From: Porticoccus sp.
GTDB taxonomy: Bacteria; Pseudomonadota; Gammaproteobacteria; Pseudomonadales; Porticoccaceae
Strand: one strand, 5' to 3'
Assembly (NCBI RefSeq): GCF_002707685.1
Contig: NZ_PANQ01000002.1
Length of the DNA: 64,000 bases
The translations under genes and the position numbers were made by a program. The notes under the pieces were generated by a model. It was not told where the DNA came from. It worked only from the letters and a program-made list of their open reading frames with translations, and made no database searches. Below are positions 29,713 to 41,013 of the stretch, piece by piece. Position 1 is the stretch's first letter. Each line of letters begins with the position of its first letter.

Positions 29713-30309
29713 ATGAAAAGTGGGCACCGCTTTGCACGTTTAGCGTTACTTGTCGGCAGCCTGTGGTTGTGTATGACCTGCGCTTTGGCGATGGCTGATA
29801 AGGGCGCGGTGTTTGAAAAGGAGGATTTCAGGACTGTCGAGTGGACCGAGCTGATGCCCGATGGCGACCTGAATGCATTGATGAATCCCCCTGATTATCT
29901 GTCCGATATCGAAGACGGGGGTGAGGAGGATGTGCTGGAAAGTCCCATTCGAGGCACCGGAGACCCTGCCGGGGATCGTTACCAGCAGGCATTGACCTCC
30001 ACCGAGATAAGGCCGGAATTTGATGGTCAACTGATACGCATTCCCGGGTTTGTGGTGCCGCTGGATTTTGATGAGCGGCAGCGGGTGACGCGGTTTTTCC
30101 TGGTGCCATTTTTCGGTGCCTGTATCCATGTGCCACCGCCTCCACCCAATCAGATAGTCTACGCAGAGAGCGAGAAGGGCTTTGAGCAGGCGTCTCTCTA
30201 TGACGCTTTCTGGCTGAGTGGCCGGATCAGTACCACCATGACGGAGAATGACATGGCCGTTTCAGCCTATGCCATAGAGGTAATGGCGGTTGAGGTCTAT
30301 CAAGAATAG
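29713..30309 (+). CDS. DUF3299 protein (ZrgD-like)
   Basis: IPGFVVPL and FFLVPFFGACIHVPPPPPNQIV. Confidence 0.9.
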   Translation: MKSGHRFARLALLVGSLWLCMTCALAMADKGAVFEKEDFRTVEWTELMPDGDLNALMNPPDYLSDIEDGGEEDVLESPIRGTGDPAGDRYQQALTSTEIRPEFDGQLIRIPGFVVPLDFDERQRVTRFFLVPFFGACIHVPPPPPNQIVYAESEKGFEQASLYDAFWLSGRISTTMTENDMAVSAYAIEVMAVEVYQE

Positions 30310-30326
30310 CTCGGGATTGATAGCTG

Positions 30327-31349
30327 TTAAGGCAGCAGACAGTGGGTCAGCCACTGTTCCATCTGTTGCTCATCCCCCTGTCGCCGGGTTATCTGCTCCA
30401 CGCGACTGTCGGCGGTTTCGTCTATAAAGTCACTGGTGGTTTCGCCATCGGTCCGGTTGAAACGCAAAATACCTCGATTGGTGATAAACACACCTTTCAA
30501 TCTGATGGCAGGGGTCTGGTTGAGCAGCGCCATCAATTTACGGTAGTCGAATACATGGTTGGGTTCGAAAATCCAGCCGTTGCTGAAGTAACCTTCTCCC
30601 TGGTGGTCAATTCGCAAATACCCTTGCTCTGGCATGGGAGGCAGTCCCTCCTCATAGTCCATGCTCGGGGTGTTGTGCCGTTGGGTGTGTGTGGGGACAG
30701 CAACGGCACGGCTGGGTTGATCCAGCAGGTCGGGTTCCATCGCCCCCCTGGTCAGGGGTATCACTGGCTGTGACAGGCCGTTTTTGTCCAGAAAGGAGTG
30801 CAGTTGTGGTAGGTTTTTGGCACTGTACAGGTCCGCTTTATTGGCCAGGATGATATCAGCTGCCTGCAGTTGCTGATTGAATACCGCGTGGTCGTGGTAG
30901 CGTTTATCAGTGATATGGCGGGCATCTACCAGGGTCAGAGTGGCCTGTAGTGACAGCACCTCGCGGTAATATTCCCCACTCAATAATTCCAGTAATTCGC
31001 GGGGGTGCCCCAATCCTGTGGGTTCGATCAGCAGCCGCTGTGGTCGAGCACGGCTCAATAACAGGTTGAGGGCAATCTGGAGGTTCAACTGGTTGGTGCA
31101 GCACAGGCAGCCGCCAGGTACTTCCCGAACAAGGATGTTGTCAGTCTCCCCGCTCTGATTCAGTAACGCGGCATCGATACCCACCTCGCCGAATTCATTG
31201 ATCAGTAATGCCCAGCGTTGTTGCGGTGGTTTGTGAGCCAGCAGATGGCGTATGGCGGTGGTTTTTCCGGCACCGAGAAATCCGGTGATGATATTGGTGG
31301 GAATCTGTTTCAGGGGGGCAGCCTGGCTACCCCTGGAATCAGGCGGCAC
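30327..31349 (-). CDS. COG0523/CobW-family G3E GTPase
   Basis: [25 protein letters not shown] and EPTGLGHP. Confidence 0.92.
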   Translation of the reverse strand: MPPDSRGSQAAPLKQIPTNIITGFLGAGKTTAIRHLLAHKPPQQRWALLINEFGEVGIDAALLNQSGETDNILVREVPGGCLCCTNQLNLQIALNLLLSRARPQRLLIEPTGLGHPRELLELLSGEYYREVLSLQATLTLVDARHITDKRYHDHAVFNQQLQAADIILANKADLYSAKNLPQLHSFLDKNGLSQPVIPLTRGAMEPDLLDQPSRAVAVPTHTQRHNTPSMDYEEGLPPMPEQGYLRIDHQGEGYFSNGWIFEPNHVFDYRKLMALLNQTPAIRLKGVFITNRGILRFNRTDGETTSDFIDETADSRVEQITRRQGDEQQMEQWLTHCLLP

Positions 31350-31809
31350 TTGTCTGGCTGCATTCGTCGCAGAGGCAATGCAGTTCCAGTTGGTGGTTGA
31401 TCAGGTGGTAACCTGCTTTGGTGACATTAATGTTCAGTGCGTCAATGATCTCCTTGCCAATCGCAATTTCCTTGACCTTATTGCAGTGGTCACAGATCAG
31501 GAACTGGGGCACCTGGTGTTGGTGGTTACAGGCAATGTGGGAGCAGGCAATAAACTTGTTTTCCGATACCAGTTTGTGGGCCAGGTTTTCAGTCATCAGG
31601 AAATCCAGCATTCGGTACACAGACATGGGCGGGACGGATTCGTGAAACTGTTGTTGATAGCGCTCGGCCAATTCGTAGGCGGACAGGGGGCTGCCAGAAC
31701 GCAATAACAGAATCAGAATATTTTTGCGCTTGGGTGTCAGTTTGGCACCTGGGTGGTTGCAGTGCTCTTCCGCTTTTTTGATCACTTGATCCAGTGTCGA
31801 TATGCCCAT
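31339..31809 (-). CDS. zur: Fur-family regulator, Zur-like
   Basis: LSAYEL, PPMSVYRMLDFL, FIACSH..H.H and two CxxC motifs. Zinc-cluster context supports Zur. Confidence 0.75.
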   Translation of the reverse strand: MGISTLDQVIKKAEEHCNHPGAKLTPKRKNILILLLRSGSPLSAYELAERYQQQFHESVPPMSVYRMLDFLMTENLAHKLVSENKFIACSHIACNHQHQVPQFLICDHCNKVKEIAIGKEIIDALNINVTKAGYHLINHQLELHCLCDECSQTSAA

Positions 31810-31811
31810 GG

Positions 31812-32444
<633 letters not shown>

Positions 32445-32477
32445 AGTCTGGCCAGTTGTTTGATGGCGCATTGTTGT

Positions 32478-32500
32478 AAAAAAAGGCCCCCGAAGGGGCC
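32478..32500 (-). terminator. Intrinsic terminator after DUF1826
   Basis: Minus strand reads GGCCCC-TTCG-GGGGCC-TTTTTTT. Confidence 0.85.
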
Positions 32501-32531
32501 GAAGGACCCTCGACTATACAGGTTGGATGGA

Positions 32532-33206
32532 TTACCCAAAGTCCAGTGATAGCATCAATCTGGCTGCGCCGGAGGGCATGGGAGGAGATCGGTGGACGGC
32601 CCCCCGGCCTTCGTTGCCATGCCATGACTCACCTTTTAGCAGGGCAGCATCGCCGACGGTGAGTTGCCTGATATGCCGGGGTGAGTGGAATACATCTGAT
32701 TGGTCGTCAGGCTTTCCTTTTCTGCCTTTGCCGAGTCTGGTGCGGTCGACCCGGTTGTTTTCAAGCCATTCGGTGGCCGGGCCACCGTAGGTTGTCACCA
32801 TTCGGCAGGGAATATGATCCACATGGAATCGCGGGCACATAGCCTGACTCAGCAGGGCCACGCGCAGGCCGATGCGTTGCAGGTCAAACAACACCGAAAA
32901 CATTTCGCACAGCCGGGAAATATCCGCAATCAATGCGGGTTTCCCCCGACGGTTCGGCAGGTGGGCGGAGAGCCAGGGCGCTATTTCTCCCACCTGCATG
33001 ACGGCCTGTAATGTCTGAAAAACAGGCGGACTTTTTATCAGCGACGCCACATAAACCTGTGTCGGCAGATCGAGGCTTCTCTGCCAGATAGCCATGTTGA
33101 TATCGGCATTGTAGATACTTGAGAACACACCTGGGTCCGTATCGGCGACACTGCTGCTATCCTCAATGGTCAGCAGTTTCAGGGCAGAGTTATCGGGCAT
33201 GATCAT
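32532..33206 (-). CDS. DUF1826 protein
   Basis: [26 protein letters not shown] and VHRSP. The ATG overlaps the stop of the upstream GTPase (ATGA). Confidence 0.9.
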   Translation of the reverse strand: MIMPDNSALKLLTIEDSSSVADTDPGVFSSIYNADINMAIWQRSLDLPTQVYVASLIKSPPVFQTLQAVMQVGEIAPWLSAHLPNRRGKPALIADISRLCEMFSVLFDLQRIGLRVALLSQAMCPRFHVDHIPCRMVTTYGGPATEWLENNRVDRTRLGKGRKGKPDDQSDVFHSPRHIRQLTVGDAALLKGESWHGNEGRGAVHRSPPMPSGAARLMLSLDFG

Positions 33207-34420
33207 TGCTCCTCTGGGGAGGCCCACGCCTGGAACGGGTCCGGTAGAGACAGCCAGTGTTCTTTGCCCGCAAACAGTTCTTCTTCCGAGAGGAGGCAAT
33301 CGTTCAGTTGTTGGTAAACCTGGTCGCGATCGAGTCCCTGTCCGATAAACACAAGTTCCTGTCGCATATCTCCAAAAGGCTCTTCCCACTGCTTTAGAAT
33401 TGCCTCCCTTGTTGCCGGATCCTGGGGCCACTGATCTTTGGGTACCGCCCTCCAGAATATGCCGCCAACGCCACACCGGGCGATACCTCCCGCCTGATTC
33501 CAGCTGCCGATATGTGCCGGGCGTGTGGCCAGCCAGAAGCAGCCTTTCGAGCGAATCAGTTTGCCGTGCAATTGGGGGTTGTGGAGAAAGTCGTGGAATT
33601 TCTTGGGGTGGAACGGGCGACGTGCCTTGTACACAAAACTGCTGATACCATATTCTTCGGTTTCAGGTACGTGCTCACCGCGCATTTCCTTCAGCCAGCC
33701 GGGTGCCTGTCGTGCCCGCTCAAAACTGAATCTGCCAGTGCCCAGTACTTTGCTCAAATCTATCTGGCCGTTTTCAATGGCGACGATATCCGCTTCGGTA
33801 TTGAGTGTTCTCAGTACACCTTTGAGTTTGTTTAATGCTTCAGCTGACACCAGATCGGTTTTGCTGATGAGGATCACATCACTGAATTCCACCTGGTCAA
33901 CCAGCAGGTCGGCGACACTTCGGTGGTCGTCCTCGCCAAGGCTTTCGCCGGTCTCCTGTAGCTGTTTTGCTTCGATATAGTCATGCATGAAATTGACCGC
34001 ATCCACGACGGTTACCATGGTATCCAGTTGTGCGGCATCGGACAGGCTTCGACCCTGCTCATCGGCAAATGTAAAGGTTTCTGCCACGGGCAGGGGTTCC
34101 GAAATACCGGTGGATTCAATCACCAGATAATCAAAACGGTTTTCGGCGGCAAGCCGGCCGACTTCCTCCAGTAAATCCTCTCTCAGGGTGCAGCAGATAC
34201 AGCCATTACTCATTTCTACCAGACGCTCTTCACTGCGGTTCAGCTGTACTTCATTCTGGATGGTGGCTGCATCGATGTTGACCTCGCTCATGTCGTTGAC
34301 AATGACGGCGACCCGACGGCCATCCCGATTGTGGAGGATATGGTTTAGCACAGTAGTTTTTCCTGCGCCCAGGAACCCGGACAACACGGTGACGGGCAGT
34401 TTGTTGTGTTGAGTTTTCAT
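33203..34420 (-). CDS. Zinc metallochaperone GTPase (ZigA/YciC-type COG0523)
   Basis: [34 protein letters not shown] and [12 protein letters not shown]. Confidence 0.93.
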   Translation of the reverse strand: MKTQHNKLPVTVLSGFLGAGKTTVLNHILHNRDGRRVAVIVNDMSEVNIDAATIQNEVQLNRSEERLVEMSNGCICCTLREDLLEEVGRLAAENRFDYLVIESTGISEPLPVAETFTFADEQGRSLSDAAQLDTMVTVVDAVNFMHDYIEAKQLQETGESLGEDDHRSVADLLVDQVEFSDVILISKTDLVSAEALNKLKGVLRTLNTEADIVAIENGQIDLSKVLGTGRFSFERARQAPGWLKEMRGEHVPETEEYGISSFVYKARRPFHPKKFHDFLHNPQLHGKLIRSKGCFWLATRPAHIGSWNQAGGIARCGVGGIFWRAVPKDQWPQDPATREAILKQWEEPFGDMRQELVFIGQGLDRDQVYQQLNDCLLSEEELFAGKEHWLSLPDPFQAWASPEEQ

Positions 34421-34478
34421 AGTGGTGGTATCCATGGCGGCAAAGGTGTCTCCGTTTTTATTGAGAACCGTGAATAAG

Positions 34479-34495
34479 ATGATATATCGTATCAT
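34479..34495. promoter_or_regulatory. Candidate Zur box upstream of the zigA-DUF1826 operon
   Basis: ATGATA-TATCG-TATCAT, a perfect 6-5-6 inverted repeat with the geometry of the gammaproteobacterial Zur motif (ATGTTA-N5-TAACAT). Confidence 0.7.
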
Positions 34496-34669
34496 AATTC
34501 TCACCGTGACAAAGTCAAGTGCGATGATTCATTGTCCACTTCCCAGTATTTTGATCCATAAACCGCGGTGCTTGATTGCCACCGTGCGTCATGGGTGGTG
34601 ACGGAGACAGTATGTCTGACGGGGGTTGCACCTGTTAGAATGGTTGCCTCATCTTCGCGTGATCTCTCT

Positions 34670-35134
34670 ATGTTTCACATTGCCCTTTACGAACCGCAGA
34701 TTGCTCCGAATACGGGTAATATCATCCGTTTGATGGCGAATAACAGCAGTCATTTGCATCTGATTGAACCGTTGGGTTTCGACCTGGAAGCAAAGAAGTT
34801 GCGCCGGGCCGGGCTGGATTACCGGGATATGACCTCAGTCACCCGTCACTCCGACTACACGGCATTTCTGGCGCAGATGGCTGACAGGCGGATTTTCGCC
34901 TGTACCACAAAGGGAGGCGCGCTCTATGACGGGATCGCTTATCGCCCCGGTGACGTTCTCCTGTTCGGTTCGGAAACAGCCGGTTTGCCGCAGTCAGTGA
35001 TGGACAGTTTTGCCCCGGCCCACCGTCTGAGAATTCCCATGCGTCCCGGCTGTCGCAGTATGAATTTGTCCAATGCGGTGGCCATTGTCAGTTATGAGGC
35101 CTGGCGACAAAATGATTTTGCTGGTGGGCAGTAG
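34670..35134 (+). CDS. trmL: tRNA (cytidine/uridine-34 2'-O)-methyltransferase
   Basis: [19 protein letters not shown] and [10 protein letters not shown] (SPOUT). Confidence 0.95.
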   Translation: MFHIALYEPQIAPNTGNIIRLMANNSSHLHLIEPLGFDLEAKKLRRAGLDYRDMTSVTRHSDYTAFLAQMADRRIFACTTKGGALYDGIAYRPGDVLLFGSETAGLPQSVMDSFAPAHRLRIPMRPGCRSMNLSNAVAIVSYEAWRQNDFAGGQ

Positions 35135-35273
35135 TGATCTGACTGCTTCCTATAGCTGGTCTTGCAAAGTGTTGCCGGTTAGGATGCTCCGCCCGGTAGA
35201 AGATGGCGTGTGCGTATCGACGAATTGATGCGCAGGTTTTAACGACAGAACGAATAGTTAACAAGGGAGCGAT

Positions 35274-36254
35274 ATGCTGATTGCAATGTTGGCGGTGTTG
35301 GTGGGTTTTGCTCTGTTGATCTGGAGTGCTGACCGGTTTGTGGATGGTGCTGCGGCGACAGCCTATCATGCCGGTATGCCCAGCCTCCTGATCGGGATGG
35401 TGATTGTCGGTTTTGGCACTTCTGCCCCAGAGATGGTGGTGTCGGCCATGGCGGCCCTGGATGGCAGCCCTGAGCTTGCTCTGGGTAATGCGTTGGGGTC
35501 CAATATTGTCAATACCGGCCTGATACTCGGTGTCACAGCTCTGATCATGCCGATCATGGTGCATTCAAAAATCGTTCGCAGGGAGTTGCCGCTGCTGATT
35601 CTGATCTGTCTTGGCGCGGGCCTCATGCTTTGGGATAACGCAGTGCTTCGCTGGGAGGCGGCATTGCTGCTGATCGGTTTTTTTGCCTTGATCGGCTGGT
35701 CGGTTTTTTCTGCTATTCGGGACCGGGGTGATGCCCTAGCAACAGACTTCGATCAGGAAATACGTGAACATACCATGCCGCTGGCGAAAGCCATCTTCTG
35801 GTTGGCAGTGGGTTTGATCGTATTGGTGGCCAGCTCGAGGCTGCTGGTGTGGGGGGCTGTGACCATTGCCGAATCCCTGGGTGTCAGCGACCTGATTATC
35901 GGTTTGACAATAATCGCGCTGGGCACATCCCTGCCTGAATTGGCCTCCTCTGTTATTGCCGTGCGCAAGGGTGAGCACGATATTGCCATCGGCAATATCG
36001 TCGGCTCCAATATGTTTAATATTCTGGCGGTGGTCGGTATCGCGGGTCTTATTGAGCCCTTGACCAATCTGTCACAACAGGTGTTGACCCGCGATTGGGG
36101 CACAATGATGCTTCTCATGGTGATGCTGCTGTTTATGGCCTACGGCTTTAGAGGGCAGGGCCGGATTAACCGGCTGGAGGGGTTTGGTCTGCTATCGATC
36201 TTTATTATCTACAATAGTTATCTGGCATTCTCGGTATTAACCGGTTCAGCCTGA
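35274..36254 (+). CDS. Calcium/sodium antiporter (YrbG family)
   Basis: Two alpha repeats GTSAPE/GTSLPE with GNALGSN/GNIVGSN. Confidence 0.93.
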   Translation: MLIAMLAVLVGFALLIWSADRFVDGAAATAYHAGMPSLLIGMVIVGFGTSAPEMVVSAMAALDGSPELALGNALGSNIVNTGLILGVTALIMPIMVHSKIVRRELPLLILICLGAGLMLWDNAVLRWEAALLLIGFFALIGWSVFSAIRDRGDALATDFDQEIREHTMPLAKAIFWLAVGLIVLVASSRLLVWGAVTIAESLGVSDLIIGLTIIALGTSLPELASSVIAVRKGEHDIAIGNIVGSNMFNILAVVGIAGLIEPLTNLSQQVLTRDWGTMMLLMVMLLFMAYGFRGQGRINRLEGFGLLSIFIIYNSYLAFSVLTGSA

Positions 36255-36309
36255 CCGTTTACACAATGCCGGGCTTTACTTTAATCCCGGTTTGCTCTGG
36301 AGTTGGCCC

Positions 36310-37080
36310 ATGGAAAACCACGATAAGCTCGGAGAGATTGAGGATTTTAGAGCCCACCATCATCCTCAGTTGATTGCCCAGCGTCTGGATGATGGCCCGG
36401 ACTCTGTTTATGTGAGGGACTTTATCTACGGTGCGGTGGATGGTGCCATCACCACGTTTGCCATTGTTGCGGGTGTTGCCGGTGCCGGTCTGTCTTCTTC
36501 GGTAATTATTATCCTGGGTTTTGCCAACCTGCTGGCGGACGGTTTCAGTATGGCGGTGAGTAACTACCTGGGTACCCGTGCGGAGAACCAGCACCGCATC
36601 AAGATCCGCAACCGGGAACTCGAGGAAATTAAACGATTTCCCGAGGGCGAGGTGGAGGAGATTCGCCAGATTTATGCCCGCAAGGGTTTCGAAGGGAGTG
36701 TTCTCGAAGATGCTGTGGATGTGATTACCTCGGATGAGAAAACCTGGGTGGATACCATGGTTCAGGAAGAGTTTGGTCTCTCGCTGCAATCACATGACCC
36801 GTTCAAGGCCGGTCTGGCCACCTTTGGCGCCTTTTGTCTGGTAGGGTTTATCCCGTTGGTGACTTATGTCGCCAACTGGTTATCCCCGGGGCTGATCGAT
36901 TACGCCTTTGGCCTGTCCGCTGGCCTCACAGTGATAGCTTTTTTCATCGTCGGTGCCATGAAGGGTCGCTTTGTGGATCAGGGTTGGCTGGTGTCGGGGC
37001 TGGAAACGGTGGCGATCGGTGGTATTGCTGCCGGGATGGCATTTGGGGTGGGATTGTTATTGAAAGGCCTGGTTGCCTGA
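36310..37080 (+). CDS. VIT1/CCC1 family transporter
   Basis: IYGAVDGAITTFAIVAG and ANLLADGFSMAVSNYL. Confidence 0.92.
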   Translation: MENHDKLGEIEDFRAHHHPQLIAQRLDDGPDSVYVRDFIYGAVDGAITTFAIVAGVAGAGLSSSVIIILGFANLLADGFSMAVSNYLGTRAENQHRIKIRNRELEEIKRFPEGEVEEIRQIYARKGFEGSVLEDAVDVITSDEKTWVDTMVQEEFGLSLQSHDPFKAGLATFGAFCLVGFIPLVTYVANWLSPGLIDYAFGLSAGLTVIAFFIVGAMKGRFVDQGWLVSGLETVAIGGIAAGMAFGVGLLLKGLVA

Positions 37081-37086
37081 ATGCCT

Positions 37087-37599
37087 TCAGGTCTGTTCCA
37101 GCTCCACCATGAGGTCGTCCGATACACTTTCCAGTGCCTGTTGTAGTCGGCTTCTGTCGAGGTCCTGTGGCAATTGCAGGGTTGCACTGGCCCGGAACAG
37201 GATTTCCGAGCTCATCGGAGCATCTTCGCAGTGGGTATTGAGTTCCTCCACGTTGACCTGCAGTTTTGCCAGAATACCGGATATCTCGCCGACGATACCC
37301 GGTCGGTCGTTGCCGACCACCGTCAGTGTAACGCGCTCGCCATCGGCTGGATGCAGTGAGGAGCAGGCCTCGCCGGTTACCCGAATACCCTGCTGCTCTA
37401 GTTGTTCCAGCGCCGTGAGCAGAGCCGCCTGTCGGTCTTCGGCAATATCCACCAACAGGATGCCGGCGAATTTGCCGGCAAGGCGGGACATGCTGCTTTC
37501 CAGCCAGTTGCCACCGGCGCGAGTGACGACATCGGCGATGCGCTCCACGATGCCGGGGCGATCATTGGCGATGACGGTCAATGCGAGATAGTGTTTCAT
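37087..37599 (-). CDS. Tandem ACT-domain protein (GcvR-like)
   Basis: Two ACT repeats: DRPGIVE and DRPGIVG. Confidence 0.85.
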   Translation of the reverse strand: MKHYLALTVIANDRPGIVERIADVVTRAGGNWLESSMSRLAGKFAGILLVDIAEDRQAALLTALEQLEQQGIRVTGEACSSLHPADGERVTLTVVGNDRPGIVGEISGILAKLQVNVEELNTHCEDAPMSSEILFRASATLQLPQDLDRSRLQQALESVSDDLMVELEQT

Positions 37600-37719
37600 G
37601 CGCGGTTCTTATTCCTGTGCGGTTGTGGGACTATTATGGCCTAACAATCGGCCCCCGGCCACGATCGGACATTATCTGTTGGCCATTTTGGAGTCTTCAG
37701 AGACCCAGAGGAGATCGAG

Positions 37720-38532
37720 ATGAAAATCATTAATCCGTTACTGTTGCTGGTGTTATGGCTGGGATGTGTCGATGCTATAGCCGATGCATCTCCTTTTACG
37801 GGAGCTCACCGAACCCCCGAATTTGTGGCACGCGACAGTTATCGTCATCCGGTGGAAACCCTGGCCTTTTTTCAGGTGGAACCGGGCATGACCGTGGTGG
37901 AAATTTCCCCCGGCGCTGGCTGGTATACCGAGATCCTCGCGCCACTGGTCCATCACGGGGACGCTGATCAAGGCCTGTTGTATGCGGCCCATTTTCCAGA
38001 AGACAGCGGTGTGCCCTATTACGAACGGTCGTTGGCGAGATTTACCGCGAAGCTGGCCGCTGATCCTACGGCGTATGGCGATGTGATCCTGTCGACATTC
38101 GATCCGGCGAATGGTGTGCTGACGGTGCCCGATGGAGTCGCCGACCGGGTGGTGACGTTCCGCAATGTACACAACTGGTTGCGTTCTGATAGTGAAGGAA
38201 AAGCGTTTGAACTGTTTTTCCGGGCGCTCAAACCCGGCGGGGTGCTCGGTGTTGTGGAGCATCGCACCAGCCGCACCATCGACCGGGCCGAAATGGTACG
38301 CAGCGGCTATATGCCCGAGGCCTACGTGATTGAACTGGCGGAAAAAGCCGGTTTTGTGCTGGCGGCCAAGTCCGAACTCAATGCCAATCCCAAAGATACG
38401 ACCGATCATCCCGAGGGTGTCTGGACCCTGCCGCCCTCCCTGCGGTTACAGGAGAAGGATCGAGAGAAGTATCAGGCCATTGGCGAAAGCGACCGCATGA
38501 CGCTGAAGTTTATCAAGCCGGCGGCTCCGTGA
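37720..38532 (+). CDS. Secreted class I SAM-dependent methyltransferase-like protein
   Basis: Signal peptide, RHPVETLAFF, PGAGWYT and TFRNVHNW. Confidence 0.85.
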   Translation: MKIINPLLLLVLWLGCVDAIADASPFTGAHRTPEFVARDSYRHPVETLAFFQVEPGMTVVEISPGAGWYTEILAPLVHHGDADQGLLYAAHFPEDSGVPYYERSLARFTAKLAADPTAYGDVILSTFDPANGVLTVPDGVADRVVTFRNVHNWLRSDSEGKAFELFFRALKPGGVLGVVEHRTSRTIDRAEMVRSGYMPEAYVIELAEKAGFVLAAKSELNANPKDTTDHPEGVWTLPPSLRLQEKDREKYQAIGESDRMTLKFIKPAAP

Positions 38533-38765
38533 TTCAGATTCCACCACATCGGTTATCCGACGAACTGCTCACCGCGCTGCTGGAGGACTTTATCGCCCGT
38601 GAGGGCACGGACTACGGCTTCGAGGAGTTGACTTTGCAGGCCAAACGGCAGCGGCTCAGACGGCAGGTAGATCGCGGTGATGTGGTAATTACCTTCGATC
38701 CGGTGACAGAAAGTTGTAATTTGCTGTCGCGGCAACAGTTTCGTCAGCTGGCAGATTCACCGTGA
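38529..38765 (+). CDS. YheU (UPF0270) family protein
   Basis: IPPHRL..LLEDFIAREGTDYG. Confidence 0.9.
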   Translation: MIQIPPHRLSDELLTALLEDFIAREGTDYGFEELTLQAKRQRLRRQVDRGDVVITFDPVTESCNLLSRQQFRQLADSP

Positions 38766-39415
38766 CAGAGATTCCCCTGAGCTATCTGATAGACCGGCCA
38801 GCGGAGCAAACACGGCCAGTTGGTTCATTGATCCTGGCCCACGGTGCCGGTGCACCGATGGACAGTGATTTTATGGCGGCCATCACCCGACAGTTGACGG
38901 TCGCGGGTGTGACTGTTGTGCGCTTTGAGTTTCCCTATATGCGACAACGTCGTCTCACCGGGAAAAAGCGGCCGCCAGACCGCCAGCCCGTATTGCTGGA
39001 TTGTTGGCGCGAAGTCTACGCCCACTGCTGTCACCGCGAGGATCTTCCCGCCCCGATACTTATCGGTGGTAAATCGATGGGTGGTCGTATGGCGAGTATG
39101 GTTGCCGACGAGCTGGGCGCAGCAGGGCTGTGTTGCCTCGGCTATCCTTTTCATCCGCCCGGTAAACCAGAGCGGATGCGGGTTGATCACTTGCAAATCA
39201 TGACGACGCCGGCCCTGGTCTATCAGGGCACCCGTGATCCCTTTGGCAAGCCCGATGAGTTGGCCTCAATCCCGTTGAGCCCTGCCGTAACAATCCACTG
39301 GCTGGAGGATGGCAATCACGATCTGAAACCCCGCAAGGCCTCGGGCTTTGATCAGACTGAACACCTGGCTGCCGTCGCCAACTCCGTGTCGGCCTTTGCT
39401 CGCAATTGCCCATAG
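38762..39415 (+). CDS. Alpha/beta hydrolase (KANL3/Tex30-like)
   Basis: AHGAGAPMDS, GGKSMGGR, QGTRDPFG and GNHDL. Confidence 0.9.
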   Translation: MTEIPLSYLIDRPAEQTRPVGSLILAHGAGAPMDSDFMAAITRQLTVAGVTVVRFEFPYMRQRRLTGKKRPPDRQPVLLDCWREVYAHCCHREDLPAPILIGGKSMGGRMASMVADELGAAGLCCLGYPFHPPGKPERMRVDHLQIMTTPALVYQGTRDPFGKPDELASIPLSPAVTIHWLEDGNHDLKPRKASGFDQTEHLAAVANSVSAFARNCP

Positions 39416-39703
39416 GCTCACATTGAGAGGCAGCCTCGGTACATAGTCCTGAGCTGCATTGATGAGTTATTGAGACAAGGCTGTTTGGCAAGGAGAATTG
39501 GGAAGGAGGCTGGGGCGGCAACAGCGTGCCTGACAACAGAAAACGGGGTGAGCAGGACAACCGACCCGAGTCACACAGGATTATCGGGTCTGTTTCATTG
39601 AGCCGCCCGGTGCCATCATCGGGACAGCTTTGATGTTACCCCACGGGCTGTCAGCGGCGCTTTAATTTTACAGGCCGGGTTTCCCCAGTCCCTGCCGCTT
39701 TAC

Positions 39704-40399
39704 TCAGGACTCCACCAGCATGGAGATCGCTGCCAGTGCTTCCGGATCCTGCGCCTTGATCTTGTTGGCGATATGGTGCTGGAAGAAATAGCAGAAAGTC
39801 TCTTCGCCTTTGGCTGAGTAGAGGCACGCATCGCCGGGCAGCACTGGTGTGCTGATGATTTTTTCATCATCGATCAGCATGCCCTGCACGGTGCCGTCGT
39901 ACAGCAGTCGCCAGCTGACGACTTCCTTCAGCGTAATACTTTTGAACCCGTCGCTCGACAGTACCGCATGGGTGCCAATGGTGTCCGGCAGTTCCTGGAC
40001 GACATCGCTGTCTGTCTCGCAATCGACCTCATAGTATTCTGCAGCTGTTTCCACCTCCAATACCTTGTGGATGGGCGCTTCAAAGAAGACTTCATCGATG
40101 CCCGGGTCGTAGTAGCCCTCCCAGTGACCATTCAGCGGATCCTGTATCTCGGTACATGGCATGATGTCATCGAGCCAGGGCACCAGACCCACCACCTCAC
40201 CATCGGCACGCAATGCCCAGCACAGTACTTTGACACTGAACAGCTTGTTGGGGTGAGTCTCGTTGGAATAGATCATTTCCAGACCATCGAGTTCGGGAGC
40301 GAGACGGATAATGCGGCGGTTTAACCGGGAGGAGTAGGGCTTCCCTGTGAAGAGATCGACCACGTTGTCCGTGTTGTGGTCAGGTGTTGAGGTAGTCAT
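39704..40399 (-). CDS. Hypothetical acidic protein with an internal duplication
   Basis: 231-aa ORF with a good RBS and no recognised family. Confidence 0.7.
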   Translation of the reverse strand: MTTSTPDHNTDNVVDLFTGKPYSSRLNRRIIRLAPELDGLEMIYSNETHPNKLFSVKVLCWALRADGEVVGLVPWLDDIMPCTEIQDPLNGHWEGYYDPGIDEVFFEAPIHKVLEVETAAEYYEVDCETDSDVVQELPDTIGTHAVLSSDGFKSITLKEVVSWRLLYDGTVQGMLIDDEKIISTPVLPGDACLYSAKGEETFCYFFQHHIANKIKAQDPEALAAISMLVES

Positions 40400-40545
40400 A
40401 ATACAGCCTCCTCAAATGGCGGTTCGAACAGGCCCTGAGGAACTGCGTCCTGAATCGGGGCCTGTAGGTGCGTACGGCTAAAACGCATCCACGCAAAATA
40501 AGGTACTACCGATCATTTCAAAGCACAATACCTTGGGTATATTTT

Positions 40546-41013
40546 GTGAGCTACTATTTTGCCTATGGCTCAAATATGAATTCACAGCGCATGGCTGCGC
40601 GTGAGATGCGAGTTGTCGGCCAGTGCGCTGGCTGGCTGGATGGTTATGGCCTACGGTTCAATAAACGCTCCGGCCACGATGCCCGGCTGGCTTGCGCCAA
40701 TATCGTTTTTGCCCGGAATGAGCGGGTGGAAGGGGTTCTTTACCAGCTGGAAAGTTCTGTAGAAATTGCCAGGTTGGACCCCTTTGAGGGCACGCCATTC
40801 AGGTACAGTCGCGAACGTTTTCCGGTACAGACAGAATGCGGTGTCGTGCCCGCCTGGACCTATATAGCCAATCCCGCCGTGATTGATCACGCCATTCGCC
40901 CGGCACGCTGGTATATCGAACATTTACTGGCGGGCCGTGATTACCTTTCCCCTGACTACTGGGAGAAAATCAACAACACAGTTTGCTGTGAGGGTGTGAC
41001 GATTGTCTGGTGA
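40546..41013 (+). CDS. Gamma-glutamylcyclotransferase family protein
   Basis: YFAYGSNM, VEGVLY and LDPFEG. Confidence 0.88.
   Translation: MSYYFAYGSNMNSQRMAAREMRVVGQCAGWLDGYGLRFNKRSGHDARLACANIVFARNERVEGVLYQLESSVEIARLDPFEGTPFRYSRERFPVQTECGVVPAWTYIANPAVIDHAIRPARWYIEHLLAGRDYLSPDYWEKINNTVCCEGVTIVW

Noticed and set aside
32532-33476. 314-aa ORF as listed
   Set aside because: The N-terminal about 90 codons overlap the zigA-like gene. The real DUF1826 start is at 33206.
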